A DNA stretch of 62,810 bases from Arcobacteraceae bacterium (GTDB taxonomy: Bacteria; Campylobacterota; Campylobacteria; Campylobacterales; Arcobacteraceae), in assembly GCA_048268245.1 (NCBI GenBank), contig JBLWVX010000014.1, positions 1-62,810 of the forward strand, read 5' to 3'. Position numbers and translations under genes: made by a program. The notes beneath the pieces were generated by a model, which did not search any database, had not been told where the DNA came from, and worked only from the letters and a program-made list of their open reading frames with translations. Numbering within the stretch: position 1 is the first letter of the stretch; every line of letters begins with the position of its first letter. Shown one piece after another: positions 9,781 to 17,362 of the stretch.

Positions 9781-11568
9781 TTGAAAATTATATTAATTTT
9801 TCTATCAGTAATAAGCACTTTATATTCAAATATAATTATAGACAATGATATTCGTAAAAAAGATAATTTCACTCTAGAAATGTTTTACGATGATTCTAAA
9901 AAACTTACAATTGAAACCCTTCAGAATAAAACATTTAAAAAAATACCTAGTCAATTTACTTTTGGACATAAAAGAGGTAATTTTTGGTTCAAATTTACAA
10001 TTGAAAATCATAGCTCTAACAAAGATTTTATTTTAAATTTTAGCGAACCATATTATGAAGAAATGAGTCTTTACAAAAAGGTAAATAACTATTGGGTAGA
10101 AGAGAAAAATGGTTTAATAAAACCTTTAAAACAGCGAGAGGTTTTAAACCACAATCCAAGTTTTGAGCTAAAAATAAAACCAAACAAAATCAAGACTTTT
10201 TATATTAAATCAAACTCTAAATTAACTACATCAGGAGAGCTTGAAATATATAAAAAAAAGTATTTCAATTCTATAGATGGCTATTATCATGATAACTTAT
10301 ATATGTTTTACTTTGGAATACTCTTTATTATTACAATAATAAATTTATTTATCTATTTTAGATTAAAAGAAAATATTTATCTTTATTACAGTGGATACAC
10401 ATTTTTTTATCTTCTATGGGTTAGTGCTTATAGTGGGTTGATTTTATATACTCCTTTAGAAGGGTATTACTATAATTTTCTTATGGTTACACCTATGTTT
10501 ATTATGTTCTTGATTCTTTTTTCATCTGAGTTTTTAAATGTAGAAAAATATTTACCAAAAATCTATAAACCCTTAAATATCTTTGGATATATTTTTGGGG
10601 TGTTAGCACTTCTAATAGCTTTTAATTTTGAACCTTGGTTTGAAATCATGAATAAATTAGCTTCTGTATTATTTTTAGTTTTATTCTCTGTAGCTATTTA
10701 TATTTTAAGAAAAAAGAATAATATAAACACAAAATATTATCTTTTTGCTATGAGTATTTACATGATAACAATTTCATTAATGTCTGCAATGGTAAATGGC
10801 TGGATTGAGAACAATGACATCAATAGATACTCATTCTTATATGGATCAATTTTTGAAATATTGTTTTTCACAATGTTTCTTGTAAATCGATTTTATGTAT
10901 TTCAAAATGAAAAACTTACTATACAAAAAGAACTTTTAGAGTTGAAAGATAAAAATGAGATTATTTTAGAGGCAAAAGTACAAGATAGAACAAATAGCTT
11001 AACAATTGCAAATGAGGAGCTGAACCATTTAATGCAAGAAAAAGAATTGTTACTCAAAGACTTAAAACTACTTGCAATTACTGATTCAATGACAAAGTTA
11101 TATAACAGAAGATATTTTACTGAAGTATCAGAAAATATTGTATCTTTATCTAGAAGAAAAAAAGAATTATTGTCAATAATTATGATTGATATTGATAAGT
11201 TTAAAAATATAAATGATACATACGGACATCAATCTGGTGATGATGTGATAATATTATTATCAAATATACTTATTAAGAGTCAAAGAAAAAGTGATATTAT
11301 TTGTAGATATGGGGGAGAAGAATTTGCAATATTACTTCCTTATACCTCACTTGATTCAGCAGTAGCTGTAGCAGAAAAAATACGCCTGCTTGTAGAATCC
11401 TCAAGTATTACTCTTTTATCAAATAAAGATTTTCATTTTACTATAAGTTCAGGTGTATCTCAAGTAAACCTAGAAAATGAAAATTGTATTGAAACTGCTT
11501 TAGGAAGAGCTGACAATGCACTCTATCAAGCTAAAAATAGTGGTCGTAACAAAGTTTGCATAGGATAA
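9781..11568 (+). CDS. 7TM-DISM sensor diguanylate cyclase (GGDEF)
   Basis: Periplasmic DISM-like domain (WFKF), 7 TM segments, DIDKFKNINDTYGHQSGD, RKSD I-site, YGGEEF; TTG 9781 follows AAGG (track start 9733). Confidence 0.88.
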   Translation: MKIILIFLSVISTLYSNIIIDNDIRKKDNFTLEMFYDDSKKLTIETLQNKTFKKIPSQFTFGHKRGNFWFKFTIENHSSNKDFILNFSEPYYEEMSLYKKVNNYWVEEKNGLIKPLKQREVLNHNPSFELKIKPNKIKTFYIKSNSKLTTSGELEIYKKKYFNSIDGYYHDNLYMFYFGILFIITIINLFIYFRLKENIYLYYSGYTFFYLLWVSAYSGLILYTPLEGYYYNFLMVTPMFIMFLILFSSEFLNVEKYLPKIYKPLNIFGYIFGVLALLIAFNFEPWFEIMNKLASVLFLVLFSVAIYILRKKNNINTKYYLFAMSIYMITISLMSAMVNGWIENNDINRYSFLYGSIFEILFFTMFLVNRFYVFQNEKLTIQKELLELKDKNEIILEAKVQDRTNSLTIANEELNHLMQEKELLLKDLKLLAITDSMTKLYNRRYFTEVSENIVSLSRRKKELLSIIMIDIDKFKNINDTYGHQSGDDVIILLSNILIKSQRKSDIICRYGGEEFAILLPYTSLDSAVAVAEKIRLLVESSSITLLSNKDFHFTISSGVSQVNLENENCIETALGRADNALYQAKNSGRNKVCIG

Positions 11569-11599
11569 GTTTACAATGGTTCCTTTTTTACTAAAAAAA

Positions 11600-11654
11600 G
11601 GTACAGGTGTTGAATTGTGAATTTAGTTTTAAAAGTGGGAATCATAACCTGACC
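11600..11654. repeat. Palindromic intergenic repeat, copy 1
   Basis: GGTACAGGTGTTGAATTGTGAATTTAGTTTTAAAAGTGGGAATCATAACCTGACC; closely similar to 12314 and 14104. Confidence 0.9.
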
Positions 11655-11688
11655 TATATTTTTCAATGATTTGTGATAAGTAAGTTAT

Positions 11689-12201
11689 TTAGCGAAAGTT
11701 TTTTAATATATAATTTCGCCCTTTGCCATTTAATGCAAATGTAGTATTCTCATTAAATTTGTCATAACGTTGCAAAAGATTCAAATTATGTGATAATTTT
11801 AAGACTGATTCTTCTACTCTTAACATATCATTACTGTTTACTAGTCTTTCTATTTCTAAAATATCAAGTCTTCTGCCAAAATTTCTATTATTGTCAAAAA
11901 TTGTAAGTATCTTCCTATCAAGTTCTGTTAAACTTTCCATTTCAATATATTCTTGTTTTTTTTGATTCTTAGCATATAAAAATAGAATTCCCACTATTAA
12001 TATAAAAAATAGAATTAATTTCCATATTACTACTTCATATGTAATAATGAAAATTAGACCGTTAAGTAGATAATTGTAAGAAGTTTTTATATATTGCCAT
12101 AATGTATCAAATATTGTTAAACTAACACCTCCTCCAATTAACAAAAGTAAAATTCCAGATAAAACAGGATGCTCTGTAATTTTCAAAAGTTTATTCAGCA
12201 A
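11689..12201 (-). CDS. Hypothetical membrane protein lying between repeat copies 1 and 2
   Basis: 170-aa ORF, TTG start after AAAGGA, two N-terminal hydrophobic segments, soluble C-terminal domain that may be winged-helix-like. Confidence 0.7.
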   Translation of the reverse strand: MLNKLLKITEHPVLSGILLLLIGGGVSLTIFDTLWQYIKTSYNYLLNGLIFIITYEVVIWKLILFFILIVGILFLYAKNQKKQEYIEMESLTELDRKILTIFDNNRNFGRRLDILEIERLVNSNDMLRVEESVLKLSHNLNLLQRYDKFNENTTFALNGKGRNYILKNFR

Positions 12202-12313
12202 AAATCCTTTTTAATTATTCACTTATAACTATTTATTAAACTTACATTATATACAAGATAAGCTAAAAATTAATTAATAATATATTTTATGTATATAAGA
12301 TATTAAGAACGAA

Positions 12314-12370
12314 GGTGTCAGGTGTTGAATTATAATTTAGTTTTAAAAAGTGGAAATTCAAGACCTGACC
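12314..12370. repeat. Palindromic intergenic repeat, copy 2 (most complete)
   Basis: GGTGTCAGGTGTTGAATTATAATTTAGTTTTAAAAAGTGGAAATTCAAGACCTGACC; arms GTCAGGTGTTGAATT / AATTCAAGACCTGAC pair with one mismatch. Confidence 0.92.
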
Positions 12371-12520
12371 CTTATTTATTTAAGTCCTTTTAAAGTGATG
12401 GCTGCCCCTATTTTTCTGCTATTTTTAAAAAGATCTATTTATTAACTCAAATACATGGATTTATCAATCATTAAGTTACTATTAAGTATATTTCTAAATT
12501 ATTTTCAAATAGGATTATTA

Positions 12521-13801
12521 ATGAAAAAGTTTTTATTTATACTTGTATTATTTTTTGGTGGATTGTTTTATTCAATTTATAATTTTGGGTTTAATTATTC
12601 ATATCTAAAACTAGTTGGGCTCTTCACTTCTACAGAACAATACTCAGTGAAAGTAAAAAAGTTTATTACTGATGACAAGATGTATGAAAGAACATCTTTT
12701 ATTTCTTTTATTACTGAAAAAGATTATGAAACTATTAAATATATAACGAAGAAGAAAAAGCTTGAAAATGAAATAATTGATGAGCTAATAAAACTAAATA
12801 ATACTGATATAATAAAAGATTTATTAACTAATAAAGATTTAATAAACAAAACAATTACAAGACTTATAGCTATTGGAAATAAAGAGCAAAAAATACTTGT
12901 TAGTAAATATGAGAATATTCCAGAAGAAGCTATATTAATAATGTTAAATCAAAAAGAGTTTTTTCTAATCAAGAAACTACTTAATAATAAAGTCGTATTT
13001 CCAACTTTTTTAAAAGCTTACAAAAAGTATTTAAGTAATAGTAGAAATATGGATTTTATTAATAATAAATATATAGACTTTAATTTATTTAAAACTATAA
13101 CATTAGGTGATTATGAAGATGTTCTATTTTTTACCGTTGCAAATGAAAAGACAGGACTATTTGAACTTATATATATTCAGAATAATAAAATTATCATTAA
13201 TGATAAAAATATATTTAGGTATGGTATTGAACCAAAGTATGCAAAAGGTATAGAATATTTCTCACCAGGATTCCAAAAAGCAAGAAAAAAAGCTGAAACT
13301 TTCGGGATTAAAACAAATAAAAAAGTATTAAAAAGATTAAATAAAATTGGTGAAGATATTAAAAAACATACAATAGCAGAAACATCATATGAAACTGGAC
13401 AACTTAGTATACCAACTCTTCTATCTATTGGTCTAGCAGCAGGAAAAACTTATCTTAATAGAGAAAAAGCTATTAAAGAAGCTCCAAGAAATAGAGAAAC
13501 TGTATTGAAATATTTAATTAAAGCAGAAGCATATCAGACTTTAAAAAGAAAATTTCAAAAAGCTTCTACTAAAGAAGTATTACTACTTTGGAAACAGTTA
13601 TTAAATGCTAATGATGATGCGATGTACGGTTCATTTGTTATTCAATTATCAAAAATGAAAAAAATCAATAATACTATTCTTAATGAAATAGTTAAATCAA
13701 AAGTTAAACCTATGTATAAAATGATGGCTGACCTAAAAAATATACCAAGAAAGTATAAAAAAATATTTGCCAACTACGAAAATATAAAAAGTGAAAATTA
13801 A
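12521..13801 (+). CDS. Hypothetical membrane-anchored protein between repeat copies 2 and 3
   Basis: Long ORF; ATG 12521 follows AGGA and gives MKKFLFILVLFFGG signal/anchor (track start 12455); no recognisable motif. Confidence 0.72.
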   Translation: MKKFLFILVLFFGGLFYSIYNFGFNYSYLKLVGLFTSTEQYSVKVKKFITDDKMYERTSFISFITEKDYETIKYITKKKKLENEIIDELIKLNNTDIIKDLLTNKDLINKTITRLIAIGNKEQKILVSKYENIPEEAILIMLNQKEFFLIKKLLNNKVVFPTFLKAYKKYLSNSRNMDFINNKYIDFNLFKTITLGDYEDVLFFTVANEKTGLFELIYIQNNKIIINDKNIFRYGIEPKYAKGIEYFSPGFQKARKKAETFGIKTNKKVLKRLNKIGEDIKKHTIAETSYETGQLSIPTLLSIGLAAGKTYLNREKAIKEAPRNRETVLKYLIKAEAYQTLKRKFQKASTKEVLLLWKQLLNANDDAMYGSFVIQLSKMKKINNTILNEIVKSKVKPMYKMMADLKNIPRKYKKIFANYENIKSEN

Positions 13802-14059
13802 ATGAAAAAATATGAAAACTTTTTTTGGTTTAGTATACTAAGTCTCTTTTTATTCTTATTAAGTATAGCTTCAATTGATACTATCTTAAAAATAATTAGT
13901 ATTTTAAATGACACAAATAATGATAAATCAACAAGTGAATATATAGTTGTTACTCTATTTACACTTTTTGCTGTAATCACATGGACTTATTTGTGGACAA
14001 ATATGAAATATTATGAGAAAAAATGTGTAGAAGACTGGGAAAGAATTAAAAAAAAATAG
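13802..14059 (+). CDS. Small hypothetical 2-TM protein
   Basis: 85 aa, starts immediately after the previous stop, two hydrophobic segments. Confidence 0.6.
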   Translation: MKKYENFFWFSILSLFLFLLSIASIDTILKIISILNDTNNDKSTSEYIVVTLFTLFAVITWTYLWTNMKYYEKKCVEDWERIKKK

Positions 14060-14103
14060 AGATGTTATTTTTGGTATTGAGGGTACAATCTATTTAATAC
14101 TAA

Positions 14104-14152
14104 GGTCAAGTATTGAATTGTGAATTTAGTTTTAAAAAGTGGAAATTCATGA
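14104..14152. repeat. Palindromic intergenic repeat, copy 3 (right arm truncated)
   Basis: GGTCAAGTATTGAATTGTGAATTTAGTTTTAAAAAGTGGAAATTCATGA, then diverges (no CCTGACC). Confidence 0.88.
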
Positions 14153-14182
14153 TATACAAAAATAACTTATAAAACAAATAAT

Positions 14183-16684
14183 CTACCTATTCAACAAGTA
14201 GTTTATAACACCTTTATTTCTAAAATACTCTAACTCTAAATCATTCAGAAGTTTTACTTGAACCTCTATAATCTCAACCTCATCAAATCTTTTTATTTTT
14301 ATTTCTGTTTTACTATTTGAAGTTATATTTTCACAATCTATTGAAATAGTTTCATGACCTTTTAGTTTCAAACTATCAATATCATCTTCTATAAAACATA
14401 AAGGAAGAATTCCCATCTTTACCAAGTCTGCTCTATGTTCTTCATCAAAAGATTTAGCAATCACACAATTAATTCCTAAAAGTTTTGTAGCTTTAGCAGC
14501 CCAATCAGTAGACTCTCCTACTCCATAGTTCTGTCCTGCTATCAAAACTAAATCATGGTTTTGCTCTTTCATTCTATGGCAAAACTCATATATTGGTAAA
14601 ACTTCATAAGAATCAAAATCTTTAGTATATCCACCCTCTTTTGGTAAAACCATTCTATTTTTTACACCAATATTCGAAAAAGCTCCTCTTTTTAACAACT
14701 CACTATTTGATCTTCTTTTTGAAAAAGTATTAAACTCATCTGGTCTTAATCCCTTATCCAATAAATAAAAAGCAGCAGGAGAGTAAGGAGTGATATTTTC
14801 ACTAGGTGAGATTAGCTCACTTGGAATATCATCGCCTAATAAAGCAACAATCTTTGCATCTTTTATTTCTAAGTTTTCTTTATCTATTATATGATAATCA
14901 GATTTTTGGATATAACTTGAATCTTCACTCCAAGGGTAAGTTTCACTTTGCTTATACTCTATACCTTGCCAGTAATCATCGCCTTTAAAAATATCCTTAT
15001 ATACATTTTGATACATTTGACTACTAATTTTTGATAGATACTCATTTACTTCTGAGATACTAGGCCATAAATCACTTAAAAATATATCTGTATTAACTGG
15101 CTCTTTTGTAACAGAAAAATTCATATTTCCTTTTAAACAATAAGCAACAACTAAAGCAGGTGACATCAACCAGTTTGATCTTACTTGATCCCTTGATAGA
15201 GTTTCTAAGTCAACTCCTGAATTTACAGAAGATACATTTAGATTAAATTTTTGTATATCTAAAACTACACTTTCTCTTAGCTTATGTGAGTCATTTACTA
15301 AATCTAAGCTATTTATATCAACTATTTTAAATCCTAGTTGCTCAAAATACTTCAATAAATCCAACTCTTCTAAATAGTTCTTGATTACAAGTGAGCCTAA
15401 AATCAAACTTCTATTAATATTTTTATTTATTGTAAGATTTAGCATACAAGCTTTTTTAGCTAATAAACCTGCTTGAATCAACAAGGTAGGATTTGAAGTT
15501 AAAGTACATGAAACAATATTTGCTAAAACAATATCATTGTCTTTTACAAAGTTTCCTATTTTAAAAGATTGAAGTTTTGATGGTACATGCTCAACTGTTA
15601 CTCTTTGCTCTTCAGTTTTTGGACCTGAAACCAAAGGTTTTATTTTTGAAAGCTCAAAGATAAACTTTTTATCATAATCAAAATCCCAAATATCTATAGA
15701 GTTATTGAATAAACCTTGTTTTTGAAAATAAGTTTTTATTAAAGTAGCATCAACACCTCTTGTTTTCTCAATAAAATCGATTGTATTACTATCAATACAA
15801 AAGTATCCACAAGCAGCTCCACACTCAACAACTATTTGAGATAAATAGGCTCTATCTTCAACTGAAATATTTTTTATTCCAGGTCCAAAGAACTCTATTA
15901 TTGTATCGCTTAAATCATCTTTTTCTAAAAGAGTTGATAGGTTTAGTGTTGCATCTAAGATACTAACTCCTTGAGCTAGTGAACCTACAACTTCTACACC
16001 TATTACTTTTGGAATATGCATTTTTACTTTTGGCTCTAAAATAACAGCTTGAGTTTCTAAAGTATTTAACTTCCAAGCTAAAATACCTAAAGAGTTTGTC
16101 ATAATTGCATTAAAATCCGTTCCTACAACACTTTCAGGATATAAAACTATTTTTTCTTCTAAGGACTCTATTGAAACCATTGTTACTAAGTGTTCCAAGT
16201 TCACTTGATGATAAATACCAAAGCCAGGAGGTACAACTGTTAAATTTTCATATCTATTTTGACACCATTTTATAAAATGATGTCTTTGTTTATTTCTTTG
16301 TAAAGATTTATCTCGATTATCATTTACACTATCTTTTACTACTAAATCTAGAGGGATTTTTGGTTTTATAAAGTCATTTTTTTCTAAATTTGATCTATCT
16401 TCATTTAACGAACTTAAATCAACTAATACAGGAACGCCATAATAATCATCCATTATTGCTCTATTTGGATAAAAGCTAACTCTTCTAAAACTATTTCTTT
16501 TAATAAAAGCATCAAGAATATAATTTAAGTTTTCTTCTTTTTCATTTCTAATATTTGCTTCTAAAAGTAATTTTAAACTTGCAGGCAGTTTTCTTAAAGA
16601 TAAATCAGAGTCAATTATCTTTTTTAAATCATAATAAAAAAAAGTATTGCCATTAAATTCAAAACTACTTATAAACTTATTCAA
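14183..16684 (-). CDS. Aconitase A/IRP family homologue, predicted catalytically inactive
   Basis: LPASLKLLLEANIR, VVPPGFGIYHQVNLE, YPESVVGTD, EFFGPG, SCTLTSNP, SPALVVAY, DWAAKATKLLG match AcnA architecture; active-site motifs altered. Confidence 0.88.
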   Translation of the reverse strand: MNKFISSFEFNGNTFFYYDLKKIIDSDLSLRKLPASLKLLLEANIRNEKEENLNYILDAFIKRNSFRRVSFYPNRAIMDDYYGVPVLVDLSSLNEDRSNLEKNDFIKPKIPLDLVVKDSVNDNRDKSLQRNKQRHHFIKWCQNRYENLTVVPPGFGIYHQVNLEHLVTMVSIESLEEKIVLYPESVVGTDFNAIMTNSLGILAWKLNTLETQAVILEPKVKMHIPKVIGVEVVGSLAQGVSILDATLNLSTLLEKDDLSDTIIEFFGPGIKNISVEDRAYLSQIVVECGAACGYFCIDSNTIDFIEKTRGVDATLIKTYFQKQGLFNNSIDIWDFDYDKKFIFELSKIKPLVSGPKTEEQRVTVEHVPSKLQSFKIGNFVKDNDIVLANIVSCTLTSNPTLLIQAGLLAKKACMLNLTINKNINRSLILGSLVIKNYLEELDLLKYFEQLGFKIVDINSLDLVNDSHKLRESVVLDIQKFNLNVSSVNSGVDLETLSRDQVRSNWLMSPALVVAYCLKGNMNFSVTKEPVNTDIFLSDLWPSISEVNEYLSKISSQMYQNVYKDIFKGDDYWQGIEYKQSETYPWSEDSSYIQKSDYHIIDKENLEIKDAKIVALLGDDIPSELISPSENITPYSPAAFYLLDKGLRPDEFNTFSKRRSNSELLKRGAFSNIGVKNRMVLPKEGGYTKDFDSYEVLPIYEFCHRMKEQNHDLVLIAGQNYGVGESTDWAAKATKLLGINCVIAKSFDEEHRADLVKMGILPLCFIEDDIDSLKLKGHETISIDCENITSNSKTEIKIKRFDEVEIIEVQVKLLNDLELEYFRNKGVINYLLNR

Positions 16685-16744
16685 GAGTATTCCTTAAATT
16701 ACTATATATTATTAATATTAAGATAACTAAGTTATGATTAATAA

Positions 16745-17245
16745 CTATTTAAAAATATTAGATAATATTGAGTAAAGAAAAACAATAAAGAAAAAAGATA
16801 CAAGAACTATTAAAACATCTAGTAATATCTTTTTGTTCTCTTCTTTTCTTGTAGATGAGACATAAAGTTTTTTTAAAAAGTCTTGATTTTCTTCTTCTTT
16901 TAGAATTTTTAAACTATTTATTTTTCCTAAAGAAGTATAAGAAATAGTTTTAAGTAAAGATATCCAAAATGATAATATCATAGGTAAAATCAACCAATCT
17001 TGTTTGAAAAAAGCAATCAAAAAAGATCCAATAAAACCAGTAATATAAAAATAGATTACTGTTTTATATGAAAAATAATAGTTTCTTCTTAAAAAGAAAA
17101 ACATACTAAAACATACCAGCATTAAAATAGAGCTAATACCCACTGCTTTATATGTAGAGTAATCTAAAATTTGAAAAATTGCAACTGTTAATGGAACCAT
17201 TGCTATTAATGCATAAGGCCATTGTATTTTAGTGTTTAAATTCAT
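16745..17245 (-). CDS. Hypothetical membrane protein
   Basis: 166 aa, about 5 hydrophobic segments. Confidence 0.65.
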   Translation of the reverse strand: MNLNTKIQWPYALIAMVPLTVAIFQILDYSTYKAVGISSILMLVCFSMFFFLRRNYYFSYKTVIYFYITGFIGSFLIAFFKQDWLILPMILSFWISLLKTISYTSLGKINSLKILKEEENQDFLKKLYVSSTRKEENKKILLDVLIVLVSFFFIVFLYSILSNIFK

Positions 17246-17362
17246 TTTAAGCCATTCTTTTATTATTCTCTATTATATATTTTATTTTATAAAACTTCCT
17301 TTATCGATAATTATACATATGTATCATATAATACTAGCTTCAAAAATTCAAAGGTTATATTA

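Noticed and set aside
14048..14056. A9 tract at the end of the 85-aa ORF, and other poly-A/T runs, as phase-variation tracts
   Set aside because: Expected in such AT-rich DNA; no long poly-G/C tracts of the Campylobacter type were seen.
11600..14152. CRISPR array or integron attC/CALIN reading of the repeats
   Set aside because: Intervals are about 0.66 and 1.7 kb and contain genes; no cas or intI gene; no RYYYAAC/GTTRRRY cores; cargo genes point in both directions.
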